Part shown: positions 51,608-61,299 of the stretch, piece by piece
How positions within the stretch are numbered: the stretch's first letter is position 1
How the letters are laid out: the number at the start of each line of letters is the position of its first letter
Source of the DNA: Limnothrix sp. BL-A-16
GTDB lineage: Bacteria; Cyanobacteriota; Cyanobacteriia; CACIAM-69d
Direction of reading: 5' to 3'
DNA: 64,000 nt
NCBI GenBank assembly: GCA_041937175.2
Contig: CP166615.1
Location: forward strand, 3,072,001 to 3,136,000
Made by a program: the position numbers and the translations under genes
Notes under the pieces: generated by a model
The model's database searches: none
What the model was told of the DNA's origin: nothing
What the model saw: only the letters and a program-made list of their open reading frames with translations

Positions 51608-51879
51608 TCCTTTTTAAGAAATGTAAAGAGGTTTGTAACTTGTTTTTAACTCGGGGGCTGCCCGATCGCCCCGTGATCCCAAACACCAACGCAAAACTGC
51701 CCGATCGCCCTTGGCCACCCGTGCCACAATAGTCACTGGTTTTGCCGGATCGTGACGATTACTCTGGGGCCGTTTGTTGGCTGCATCCGTCACTGGTTGC
51801 ATTCCCCGCCACCAGCCCCAGCCCGATCGCCCGGCTAAACAACTTTTGAACGTCCTGTCTTGTAACACAGGCTTGTGCG

Positions 51880-53937
51880 ATGGAACCGCTTTACGAGTAT
51901 GCGTGGCTCGTGCCGGTCTTGCCGTTGCTTGGTGCAGCGCTGGTCGGCCTGGGTCTGATTTCTTTTAACCAATTCACCAACAAGCTGCGGCAAATTAACG
52001 CGATCGTCATCCTCACCACGATCGGTGGGGCCATGACCATGGCCTTTGCCCTGTTTTGGAGCCAACTCAACGGCCACGAAGCCTTCGCCCGCAGCATTGA
52101 ATGGGCGGCCGCCGGAGACTTCCACATCACGATGGGCTACACGATCGACCACCTGAGCGCCCTGATGTTGGTGATTGTCACCACCGTGGCGTTCTTGGTG
52201 ATGATCTACACCGACGGCTACATGGCCCATGATCCGAGCTACGTGCGGTTCTATGCCTACCTCAGCCTGTTCAGCTCCTCGATGCTGGGCCTGGTGATCA
52301 GCCCCAACCTGGTTCAGATCTATGTGTTCTGGGAACTGGTGGGGATGTGCTCCTATTTGCTGATCGGCTTTTGGTTCGAGCGCAAACCCGCTGCTGAAGC
52401 CTGCCAAAAGGCCTTCGTGACCAACCGGGTCGGCGACTTTGGCCTATTGCTGGGGCTGTTGGCGCTCTACTGGTGTACTGGCAGCTTTGATTTCACCGTG
52501 ATGGGCGATCGCCTGCAAGAGCTGGTGTCTTCCGGTTCCTTGAGCGCGGGCGTGGCTAGCCTGTTTTGCATCCTCGTATTCCTCGGCCCCGTCGCCAAGT
52601 CTGCCCAATTCCCCTTGCATGTCTGGCTGCCGGACGCAATGGAAGGCCCCACGCCGATTTCGGCCCTGATCCACGCGGCAACGATGGTGGCGGCGGGTGT
52701 GTTCCTGATTGCCCGGATGATTCCGGTGTTTGAAGGGCTGCCCGACGTGATGAACGTGATTGCCTGGACGGGCGGCTTCACGGCCCTGCTGGGCGCTTCG
52801 ATCGCCATCACCCAAAACGACATCAAAAAAGGACTCGCCTACTCCACCATGTCCCAGTTGGGCTACATGGTGATGGCCATGGGCGTTGGCGCATCCAGCG
52901 CAGGCATGTTCCACCTGATGACCCACGCCTACTTCAAGGCGATGCTGTTCCTCGGTTCCGGCTCCGTGATCCACGGGATGGAAGCGGTGGTCGGCCACAA
53001 CGCCGTGTTGGCGCAGGACATGCGCTTGATGGGCGGCTTGCGCAAATACATGCCGATTACCGCTGCCACCTTCTTGATCGGGACGCTGGCCATTTGCGGG
53101 ATTCCGCCCTTTGCCGGGTTCTGGTCGAAGGATGAAATCCTGGGTCTGACCTTTGAGGCCAACCCCGCCCTGTGGGCGATCGCCTGGGTGACGGCTGGTG
53201 TAACCGCGTTCTACATGTTCCGGATGTACTTCAACACCTTTGAAGGCGAATTCCGGGGCAACGACAAGGACATCCAATCGCAACTGCTGGCGGCGGCCGC
53301 TGTGCCCGTGCCAGTGGAAACCGTGCCCAACTTCGGCCCCGGCGCGATGGATCCCAAGGAACTGAGCCACGACCACGACGATCACCACGCCCACGAGCCG
53401 CATGAGTCGCCGACAACGATGGTGCTGCCTCTGGTGGTGTTGGCCATTCCGTCGATGCTGATTGGGTTGCTAGGTGTGCCCTGGAACAACCTGTTTGAGC
53501 ATTTCCTGGAGTCGCCCCACGCCGCCGAGCACGCGGAGCATGCCTTCAATCTCACCGAATTTTTGGTGATGGGCGGAAACTCCGTGGGTATCGCACTGAT
53601 CGGGATTACCTTGGCTTCCTTGATGTATTTCAAGAAGTCGATCGACCCCGCCGCGATCGCCCAAAAGATTCCCTTCTTCTACCAACTGTCGCTGAACAAG
53701 TGGTACTTCGATGAAATCTACGATCGGCTGTTTGTCCAAGGCAGCCGTCGCTTGGCCCGCCAGGTGATGGAAGTGGACTTCCGGATCGTCGATGGTGCGG
53801 TGAACCTAACCGGTTTTGTAACCCTGATTTCCGGCGAAGGTCTGAAGTACTTCGAGAACGGTCGCGCCCAGTTCTACGCGCTGATCGTGTTCGCGGCGGT
53901 CTTGGGCTTCGTGGTGCTGTCGGGCATCACGGGCTAG
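51880..53937 (+). CDS. ndhF1: NAD(P)H-quinone oxidoreductase subunit F1 (subunit 5)
   Basis: MEPLYEYAWLVPVLP, FWELVGMCSYLLIGFW, KSAQFPLHVWLPDAMEGPTPISALIHAATMV, HLMTHAYFKA, GEGLKYFENGRAQFY. Confidence 0.96.
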   Translation: MEPLYEYAWLVPVLPLLGAALVGLGLISFNQFTNKLRQINAIVILTTIGGAMTMAFALFWSQLNGHEAFARSIEWAAAGDFHITMGYTIDHLSALMLVIVTTVAFLVMIYTDGYMAHDPSYVRFYAYLSLFSSSMLGLVISPNLVQIYVFWELVGMCSYLLIGFWFERKPAAEACQKAFVTNRVGDFGLLLGLLALYWCTGSFDFTVMGDRLQELVSSGSLSAGVASLFCILVFLGPVAKSAQFPLHVWLPDAMEGPTPISALIHAATMVAAGVFLIARMIPVFEGLPDVMNVIAWTGGFTALLGASIAITQNDIKKGLAYSTMSQLGYMVMAMGVGASSAGMFHLMTHAYFKAMLFLGSGSVIHGMEAVVGHNAVLAQDMRLMGGLRKYMPITAATFLIGTLAICGIPPFAGFWSKDEILGLTFEANPALWAIAWVTAGVTAFYMFRMYFNTFEGEFRGNDKDIQSQLLAAAAVPVPVETVPNFGPGAMDPKELSHDHDDHHAHEPHESPTTMVLPLVVLAIPSMLIGLLGVPWNNLFEHFLESPHAAEHAEHAFNLTEFLVMGGNSVGIALIGITLASLMYFKKSIDPAAIAQKIPFFYQLSLNKWYFDEIYDRLFVQGSRRLARQVMEVDFRIVDGAVNLTGFVTLISGEGLKYFENGRAQFYALIVFAAVLGFVVLSGITG

Positions 53938-53981
53938 TAATCTTTTGCTTTGTGGTGCTCTCGGGCATCACCCGTTAATAA
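53900..53981 (+). repeat. 41-bp tandem duplication of the ndhF1 3' end
   Basis: tcttgggcttcgtggtgctgtcgggcatcacgggctagtaa / tcttttgctttgtggtgctctcgggcatcacccgttaataa (8 mismatches). Confidence 0.9.
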
Positions 53982-54027
53982 CTGAATTGACGGTTGAACG
54001 ACCTGTTGAATTGCCGGTCAATTCATC

Positions 54028-54060
54028 ACCCCCTGAACTGGTTCGGTTCAGGGGGTTTTT
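54028..54060 (+). terminator. Intrinsic terminator after ndhF1
   Basis: ACCCCCTGAAC...GTTCAGGGGGT followed by a T run. Confidence 0.85.
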
Positions 54061-54612
54061 GTTGAGCGATCCAAACCCTTGAACTCAGCCTGACAAAAAT
54101 TCCCGTGTCCCCACGTAGAGCTAGGGAATTTTCCCCAAACCCATGACAGCCAACAAAGCTTGATTGTTGAACTGTTAGTGGCCAATGGTGAAGTATTTGG
54201 GGGGGTAGGGCTGACGACACTCTACCGATAGTGAATCTGAATTTGCTAGACTCGGGATATGTTCATACTTAAGTGTTATTAAGTGCTTTTTTTTACACCA
54301 ACTCGCTTTCGATAGTGCTTACCTCTTGATTGCCATCACGAACCTTCGCGACTGATGAGCCAGAATTGGCAAAACTCGGCAGGAATTGGCGCTGGCCAAT
54401 GCGAATCCCTGCTGAATCAATGTTGATCAAGTTGCTCAACTGTAATCATCAAGCAGCTATCACGCAGCTATCACTAGGCCTGATGGCTGCGATCTCAATG
54501 AGTAAAGGTTCCGGGCTAATGCGGCAGGTTGGTGATCAGTTTGGAATGAGCAATTTCCAACCTATTCAACCCCATTTAACGTATTGCTTCTGGTTCATTG
54601 CATCTATAACCG

Positions 54613-56253
54613 ATGGGTTTTTGGCATCACTCCACCATGGACGCTCTCCTGCCCTCCTCTCCTCTTTCTGCCATGAGCGATCGATCTGCCAGCCGCCACC
54701 AGTCCGATTCTCCGGGGCTAGGAGCTTCGCCTGCGTCCAAGGGTGAACTTCCAAGCCGTTTAACAGTTCCGCAAATTCAAGACATTATTTTTCAACATCT
54801 GATTCGATCGGTGCAGAATCTTTCACCGGAGGAAGTGCTGCACGAATTTTGCTGCTTGTTTATTCACTGCTGTGACACAACCGATAGCAAGCCTTTAAAT
54901 GCTTTATATCAACTGGTTTTTTTAAATAATCAAGAGGCTTTTCAAACGACCCTTAAACGATCCTGTTATATTTTGATCAATAACTGGGCCAGCCGTCGGA
55001 ATGAGGCTTTTATTTATCGCCTGATTGCGATGTTTGAGCATTCCCATGAACATAGTGATAGCGCGTCCTTGTCGTTGAATCGGGTGCGCAAGTGGGTTGC
55101 GGATTTTATTAGTAGTAATGATTATGACGAGCTGAAACTGTTTATTGCGCGTCATGAACTGGATCACTCCCAAGCTTCTGACCAAAGCCAGTCGGAAATG
55201 ACGGCCACGCGCACTCGATGGCAGTCCGACCAGATCGCGGAAACAGCCATTACACCCGAGGAGCAGCATTGGAGCAGTCGCTATGTGGGACAACTGTTGG
55301 TGGCTCAATCGGTGGATCCCAACAATCCCTTGGAACAACGGGAAGCGGCGGCGGTCTATGCGCGACAGTGGCGGGAGCGCTTTAAGTTTGATTTGGCGAT
55401 GTATATGGCCAAATCGCAATCAAGCCGGAGCGATCGGGAGCGTCTGAAAAATCCAACCAATTTGGGTGATCAGGTGCTCAAAATCGTGAAGTCAATTGTT
55501 TTGCGAACGGGAAAATATAGCTACTCCAGTTTGGCCAATTTGTTTTTGCAACAAACGGAAGGGCTGAGGTATCACGGCTATAAGAAAAGCCTGCTGAAAT
55601 ACATCAGCTTGGAAAGTACCCAAGATCACATGACAAAGGTGGTTCGCCGAAAGTTGCAAGACAAGTTGGCAAGCCTGTTAGCGGAAGACCATGATCAGGT
55701 GATTACGGAGGATTTACAAGCGGAAACCTGTCGCCATTTAATTCAATTTCTGACGACGGAGGACTTGCATAATCCCTCGCGGCTTTTTTTGCTCATTTTG
55801 TCGAATGGCAGTGCCTTAACGCTGACCATTTTCCTGCTGAAGTTGGTTTTGATTGCTCCCAGTACCCGATCGCACTTGGATTTGTGTATTGCGCGGTTGG
55901 TGAAATATTACGAACAGTTTGATGAGGAAAAATGTCGCTGGGCCATTTATTTCTTTGACATTTTTAATGTGACGTTTGCGATTTATACGGAAAATGTCCA
56001 GTACAACCTGGTTTCGATCGATGGGCCGGAGCCATCACCCTCGGCCTTGGAAACCACCCCCAGGGGAGATCGGGTGGTGCTTGAAGGGTTGTATGACAAT
56101 GAGTTACGCCGCAGCCTGCGATCGGCCCAGCTAGATCGCTATCGGCTGTTTTTGCAAATGGCTCCCCATGCTCAATTGCCGTCCACGGGGGATTTGTTGG
56201 AAACGGATCCGGTGCTCGCGGATTCGCTGATTGCCGATGGGCCCGATCGCTAG
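54613..56253 (+). CDS. Hypothetical alpha-helical protein (start uncertain: 54613, 54637 or 54673)
   Basis: 546-aa ORF with protein-like composition (TLKRSCYILINNW, FKFDLAMY, NPTNLGD); no function recognised. Confidence 0.8.
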   Translation: MGFWHHSTMDALLPSSPLSAMSDRSASRHQSDSPGLGASPASKGELPSRLTVPQIQDIIFQHLIRSVQNLSPEEVLHEFCCLFIHCCDTTDSKPLNALYQLVFLNNQEAFQTTLKRSCYILINNWASRRNEAFIYRLIAMFEHSHEHSDSASLSLNRVRKWVADFISSNDYDELKLFIARHELDHSQASDQSQSEMTATRTRWQSDQIAETAITPEEQHWSSRYVGQLLVAQSVDPNNPLEQREAAAVYARQWRERFKFDLAMYMAKSQSSRSDRERLKNPTNLGDQVLKIVKSIVLRTGKYSYSSLANLFLQQTEGLRYHGYKKSLLKYISLESTQDHMTKVVRRKLQDKLASLLAEDHDQVITEDLQAETCRHLIQFLTTEDLHNPSRLFLLILSNGSALTLTIFLLKLVLIAPSTRSHLDLCIARLVKYYEQFDEEKCRWAIYFFDIFNVTFAIYTENVQYNLVSIDGPEPSPSALETTPRGDRVVLEGLYDNELRRSLRSAQLDRYRLFLQMAPHAQLPSTGDLLETDPVLADSLIADGPDR

Positions 56254-57509
56254 GGGGCTTCAGGCCCTTTGCGTTTGGTGATCGTTTCCGTTTCGATCGT
56301 GCCGTCCTCTTGCACCCAAGCGAGTCGTCCGATGCGACGGGCCCGGGCGCGATCGCGGGCCGACTCCCGAGTCACGGTGGGTTGCAAGTCCAGTTCCACC
56401 CGAATCAGGCTGGGGGCTTCCGTGCGCAGACGACGGGCATAGACAAAGGCTGCGGCTCGGGCGCGGGGCCCCGCCGGAACCACTAACCAGTCACTGGCGG
56501 GCAGTTGATTGGGCAGGCGCTCTCCGCTGGAAAGAACGCGGTGCAAGGGTTCCAGGTTTAAGCAAAAGCCAATGCCGGGATAGCTGTTGCCGTCGGGGTC
56601 GTATAGGCCCAGCAGTTGATCGTAGCGCCCCCCTTGTCCGAGGATTTCGTGGCCGGTGTCGGCGCTGCTGATCGCTTCAAAGACAATGCCGGTGTAGTAG
56701 TCAAAGGTTTGAATGAGGCTCAGATCCAGGACGATCGGCAGGGTTTGTTCGGTGGCTCGACCGTAATCTTGCAGCAGGTCAACGGTGGTTTTGAGCCGAT
56801 CGAGCATGGCTTGCTGGTCGGGGGTTAAGTCCAGTTGGCCCACCTGTTGAATCACGTCCATGGGGCGGCCGCGCAGATCAAACAAAATCAAAGCCCGATC
56901 GCGCAGGGCGGGGTCAAGGGGCATAGCTTCGATGGCCAGGCGATCGAGCCGCGCCATGGCCGAACGCACCCGATCGCGCCAGGGTTGCGGGAAGGGTTCC
57001 AAGAGCGATCGGGTCAAGCCCGCCTCACTCAAAAGCAAGTGCCAATCGGCCACGCCCGATCGCTCCAGGCAGTCCGTCAGCAGCAACAGCACCTCCACAT
57101 CAGCCGCCACGCCCCCAACCCCCAACAGCTCCACCCCCGATTGGAAAAATTCCTGCTGGCGGCTGGCACTGCCCTTGGGGGGCTTGCGAAACACATTGGC
57201 GCTGTAGCAAAGGCGCTGGGGGTGAGTCACGCCGGCCATGCGGGTGACGGCGGCCCGGGCGATCGAAGCCGTCAGCTCCGGCCGCAGCCCCAGATCCTCA
57301 CTTTCGCTGTCGTAGATTTGGATCACCTTGTCCCGGCGCACCGAACCGCCCGCCACCAACGCATCGACCCGTTCCAGGGTGGACGTGACAATCCACTGAT
57401 AGCCCCAGCGCTGAAACACGTCTTGCAGCTTGGTTTCGATCCAATGCTTCTGGGCCACATCAAGGGGCAACAGATCGCGCGCGCCGGTCGGGGGTTGGTG
57501 AATTGCCAT
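56250..57509 (-). CDS. hisZ: ATP phosphoribosyltransferase regulatory subunit
   Basis: QPPTGARDLLP, LRPELTASIARA, RLCYSANVFR, EFFQSGVELLG, YYTGIVFE, GGRYDQL. Confidence 0.93.
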   Translation of the reverse strand: MAIHQPPTGARDLLPLDVAQKHWIETKLQDVFQRWGYQWIVTSTLERVDALVAGGSVRRDKVIQIYDSESEDLGLRPELTASIARAAVTRMAGVTHPQRLCYSANVFRKPPKGSASRQQEFFQSGVELLGVGGVAADVEVLLLLTDCLERSGVADWHLLLSEAGLTRSLLEPFPQPWRDRVRSAMARLDRLAIEAMPLDPALRDRALILFDLRGRPMDVIQQVGQLDLTPDQQAMLDRLKTTVDLLQDYGRATEQTLPIVLDLSLIQTFDYYTGIVFEAISSADTGHEILGQGGRYDQLLGLYDPDGNSYPGIGFCLNLEPLHRVLSSGERLPNQLPASDWLVVPAGPRARAAAFVYARRLRTEAPSLIRVELDLQPTVTRESARDRARARRIGRLAWVQEDGTIETETITKRKGPEAP

Positions 57510-57556
57510 GGTGTCAGGGGGGAAACGAAATCGATCGGGCAGTGAACATCGGCCCC

Positions 57557-58543
57557 CTACTTCTTACGGCCAAACAGGCCCCCAAACAACCCACCGCCGG
57601 GTTTATCTTTGCCACCCCCGATCGTTTTGGGCTGTGGTTTGGTGGTTTTGGCAGCTTGACCCGTGGTTTGGCCCGTGGTTTGGCCGCCCGTGGCGCGATC
57701 GAGTTCCTGCTTGGCGGCCAGGGCGATCGCATTGCGCGGATCAATGGCCAATGCCCGCGTCAAATGCACCTTGGCCAAGGTTCCTTGCTTTTGGGCCAAA
57801 TACACCTTGCCCAACCAAGCGTGGCAATCGGCATTGTTCCCATCAATCTTCAGCGCATCCTTCAGCTCCTGCATCGCCATCGCAAATTGGCCCTTCGCGG
57901 TTAATTCCTCCGCCCGGTGCAAAGCCCGCAGCACAAACTGCGTATTGCTGGCGGCCCCTTCTCGGGCCCCCGTGGTTTCCCCGCCACTGCTGGGGGTGGA
58001 TGCTGGTCGCTGGGCCGGCGGCGGTGGGGGTGGAGCAGCGGCCGGACGCGCTGGGCTGGCACTGCCCGATGTGGTTTTGAGCAGGTAAACCAAATTCAGT
58101 TCGCTGATTTCAGCAATCCGGTTCAGCACCTGTTCCAAATCATCGTATTGGCTGGCGGTGAGGGTTTGTAACGCCTTGAGATACGTGCCCTGTACATTGG
58201 CAGCCTGACTTAGCTCGCGGGCCAGGGCCCCTTGGATGGCCACTTTGTTGGCCTGTTGGGGCAAGCGGCTATGCAACGTGCGCAACACGGCCTCATAGTC
58301 TGCCCGCTTGGCATCGTTGGAGAGGGTCGCATAGGCGGGGTTCACCAGCCGCGACATCAGTTGCTGGGCATAGGCCTTGCCCTGAGCATTGGCGGCGGAG
58401 CAGGTGTCGGGATGCAGCCGGGGGGCAATTTGTAAAAACCGCTTGCGCACGGTTTTGGGATCTGTCCCCAACGGAATGCCCAGGATGGCATAGTGATCCG
58501 TCACATCGTGACCAAAAAGCCCTCGTTGAATCTCGAATGACAT
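57557..58543 (-). CDS. DnaJ-domain / TPR protein
   Basis: DHYAILGI...RLHPD J-domain; C-terminal TPRs; GGGLFGGLFGRKK tail. Confidence 0.88.
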   Translation of the reverse strand: MSFEIQRGLFGHDVTDHYAILGIPLGTDPKTVRKRFLQIAPRLHPDTCSAANAQGKAYAQQLMSRLVNPAYATLSNDAKRADYEAVLRTLHSRLPQQANKVAIQGALARELSQAANVQGTYLKALQTLTASQYDDLEQVLNRIAEISELNLVYLLKTTSGSASPARPAAAPPPPPPAQRPASTPSSGGETTGAREGAASNTQFVLRALHRAEELTAKGQFAMAMQELKDALKIDGNNADCHAWLGKVYLAQKQGTLAKVHLTRALAIDPRNAIALAAKQELDRATGGQTTGQTTGQAAKTTKPQPKTIGGGKDKPGGGLFGGLFGRKK

Positions 58544-58806
58544 AGCGCGCCGCCGGTGCTGTGAGTCGCTAAAGGGGGATGGGAGCAGGGAAAGTAGACG
58601 AGACAGGGGCAGAGCCTGGCCGGATAGAGCCGGGCTGAATGCCGTTGGGATAGATGCAGCCTGAGGAGCAATCTGAAAGATCGCCGTTGAATTGCTATTT
58701 GGTTAATCGCTATTTAGTAGTGTATCGGGTTCCTGGGGTGGTCATGGTGATCTTTGTTGCGGGTGCGAACTGAGGAATCTGACGGTTGTTGAACCCCCAC
58801 TGGGCC

Positions 58807-59667
58807 CTATTGACCGACTTTGGGCCAGGTGGCGGGGGGCTGGTGCCACAGGTCAAGCTTGGGAACCGTTGCCAGAGCCGCACAGAGTTGATCATGTAGG
58901 TGGCCGTTGGTGGCCACGAGTCGGCCGCTGCTGGGATCAACGGGGCTGCCATCATAGGCACTGACTTGGCCGCCGGCCTCTTGCACCAACACGATGCCGG
59001 CGGCAATGTCCCAGAGGGAGAGGCCCCGTTCCCAATAGCCATCCAACCGCCCACAGGCCACATAGGCCAGGTCGATCGAGGCTGATCCGCCGCGCCGTAC
59101 CCCTTGGGTTAAATGGGTGAGGTAGCAGAATTCAGGATAGTTGGTGTCGTTGGTGTCGCGGCGATCGTAGGCAAAACCGGTCACCAACAGGCTGCGGCTC
59201 AGTTGCTCGGTGCGCGACACCTGCATCGGGATCCGATCGCGCGTGGCCCCGAGTCCTTTGGCCGCTCGAAACAGTTCCCCGCGATCGGGATCGGCCACGA
59301 CCCCAACGATCGGTTGCCCCTGAAAGAGCAGCCCGATCGAAACGGCAAAAAACGGATATTGGTGAGCAAAATTGGTGGTTCCATCCAGGGGATCGATCGC
59401 CCAAAGATAGTCACTGGTTTGGGTTCCCCCGATCGCCCCGGACTCTTCCGCCAAAATGGGAATTTGCGGACAGTGGCGACTCAGTACCTCAATGGTGGCG
59501 GTTTCCGAGGCGCGATCGGCTGCGGTCACCAGGTCGCCCGATCGCCCCTTTTCCTCGGCCTCAATTTTGCCGAGAAACGATCGCACCACTGCCGCTCCGG
59601 CCAGGGCCGCTTCCGTGGCAATCTCCAGCAGTCGTTGCAACGTTGCCTGATCTGGTAACTGACTCAT
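58807..59667 (-). CDS. suhB: Inositol monophosphatase family protein
   Basis: DLVTAAD, AEE, WAIDPLDGTTNFAH, GRLDGYWE, WDIAAG. Confidence 0.92.
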   Translation of the reverse strand: MSQLPDQATLQRLLEIATEAALAGAAVVRSFLGKIEAEEKGRSGDLVTAADRASETATIEVLSRHCPQIPILAEESGAIGGTQTSDYLWAIDPLDGTTNFAHQYPFFAVSIGLLFQGQPIVGVVADPDRGELFRAAKGLGATRDRIPMQVSRTEQLSRSLLVTGFAYDRRDTNDTNYPEFCYLTHLTQGVRRGGSASIDLAYVACGRLDGYWERGLSLWDIAAGIVLVQEAGGQVSAYDGSPVDPSSGRLVATNGHLHDQLCAALATVPKLDLWHQPPATWPKVGQ

Positions 59668-59755
59668 GCTTCAATTCCACACTCTCTAAAATGTGCATCT
59701 TGCAAACTATGCATCTTGCAAACTTGCAGAAGTCTTGTCAGCTTCACGATGCCAG

Positions 59756-60460
59756 CTAGGAAGGATTTTGGCGGCGGAATTCGCTGGGCCGCAACCGCAT
59801 GGGCGATCGGGGATTCCAAACACCTAACTCCAAAATCCGAGCATATTCCTGGGCGTAGAAAATGCGGCGATCGTACTTCAGCAGTCCCGATCGACTGGCG
59901 GGAACCGCATAGCCCGCCTTGGTCAGTTGCTCATTCACAAGCTGCCCATCCCGCCAAACATACGCCAAAAGCCGGCCGAGGCGATCGCGCGCTTCCCCGG
60001 ACTCAAATTCCAACCAAACCGTTTGCCCCGCCACCAGTTCCATCAGGGTTTGTTGGGCCTTAATCCCCCAGGGCTGTTGGCGCAAGTCCGGAGCATCAAT
60101 GCCCAAAAGGCGGACGGTTTCCAGTCGTTTGGCATCGGCCCCCGTGCCGCGTACCTCCAGGGTGTTGCCGCTGGGCACGCGGTTCACCACCACCTGCACC
60201 CCGGTGAGGGGCGAGTTGCCACAACCGGTAAGCAACCCCAAGATCAGGCCAAGGGCGATCGCCCTTGGCCAAGGCTGGCTGCGAATGACTTGGGGGAGTG
60301 GCCCGGTGCGGGGTTGAGTGGGCGTTTTGGCAAGCTGTTTGGGGCTGGTGGCTGTCTTGATGTTTGGGATTGCTGATGGGGTCGCGAATGGGCTGGTTGA
60401 TGGGGTGCTCGATCGGCCTTGGGGCGACGGTTGACCCCGATCCGGTGGCTTAATCTTCAT
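59756..60460 (-). CDS. Thermonuclease (SNase-like) family lipoprotein (start uncertain)
   Basis: LGLLTGC lipobox; VRLLGIDAP, RDRLGRLLAYVW, VNEQL..AGYA, LGVW, PSEFRR. Confidence 0.8.
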   Translation of the reverse strand: MKIKPPDRGQPSPQGRSSTPSTSPFATPSAIPNIKTATSPKQLAKTPTQPRTGPLPQVIRSQPWPRAIALGLILGLLTGCGNSPLTGVQVVVNRVPSGNTLEVRGTGADAKRLETVRLLGIDAPDLRQQPWGIKAQQTLMELVAGQTVWLEFESGEARDRLGRLLAYVWRDGQLVNEQLTKAGYAVPASRSGLLKYDRRIFYAQEYARILELGVWNPRSPMRLRPSEFRRQNPS

Positions 60461-60848
60461 CCAGGGGCAGGCCGCGGCGGACTTTGCCCTTGCCAAAATA
60501 GCGGCCAAATTGCAGTTCATATACTTCGTCTTCGTCCTGGGTTTCCACCACCAGATCCGATTCGGCATAGCTAACACAAAGCAAGGCATAGCCCCGATCG
60601 CGCAAAGCCGGCGACAGGCCCATGGCCTCCGGCTGGCTCAGTTTGCCTTCCAACACGCGCACCGCACAGGCTGTGCAAGCCCCGTTGCGACAGGAGAAGG
60701 GCAGCGTTGCCCCTTGATTTTCTGAGGACTGCAAAATGTAGCGATCGCCGGGCACTTGCACTTCATGAACCGTGCCCCGTTGGCGGTTATGAATCCGCAC
60801 CCGATAGGTTTGGGCGGCGGTCGATCGATCTTCAGCACTGTAGGTCAT
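60450..60848 (-). CDS. 2Fe-2S ferredoxin with C-terminal extension (FdC2/Fed2-like)
   Basis: LPFSCRNGACTAC...LLCV; ETQDEDEVYELQFGRYF. Confidence 0.9.
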   Translation of the reverse strand: MTYSAEDRSTAAQTYRVRIHNRQRGTVHEVQVPGDRYILQSSENQGATLPFSCRNGACTACAVRVLEGKLSQPEAMGLSPALRDRGYALLCVSYAESDLVVETQDEDEVYELQFGRYFGKGKVRRGLPLDED

Positions 60849-60982
60849 GGGGGATTTGGGCATCTAGGGGCCAACCAGTACAGCGCGATCGGATCCCAGG
60901 GATTGCCGCCGCGCTGAAGCTAGATTTTACCGTTCTCTTCCCATAACCGGCATGAGCCTGATAAGATAACGTCCTGTCATCT

Positions 60983-61069
60983 GGAGAGATGGCCGAGCGG
61001 TTGAAGGCGCAGCACTGGAAATGCTGTTTAGGGGTAACTCTAACGAGGGTTCGAATCCCTCTCTCTCCG
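60983..61069 (+). tRNA. trnS: tRNA-Ser(GGA)
   Basis: Acceptor stem GGAGAGA/TCTCTCC+G; anticodon arm CAGCA-CTGGAAA-TGCTG; long variable arm; GGTTCGAATCC. Confidence 0.96.
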
Positions 61070-61299
61070 TTTTTTAAGATCGATCAAGCTCAGTTCCCTC
61101 AAGGGCGAGGGAGTCCCGACCAATCAGCGCACGGGGCTGACCATCGGCTTGGGCCGGCGGACTGTGGCGATCGATGGCCCAACCCAAGCGCTGCGAAAGT
61201 GGCTCAAACGAGCTACTTTGAAAAGCGATCTTGATCGCCCCCACTGGCTGGCGATCGGGGGGCTTCTATCGTTCCGCTGGGTGGTACTAGGCGATTGTT

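Noticed and set aside
52444..53403. Long antisense ORFs (also 5194-6318, 33533-34573, 3462-4337, 18013-18873, 38102-38968)
   Set aside because: They lie opposite well-supported genes, have no motifs, and are expected from GC-rich codon bias.
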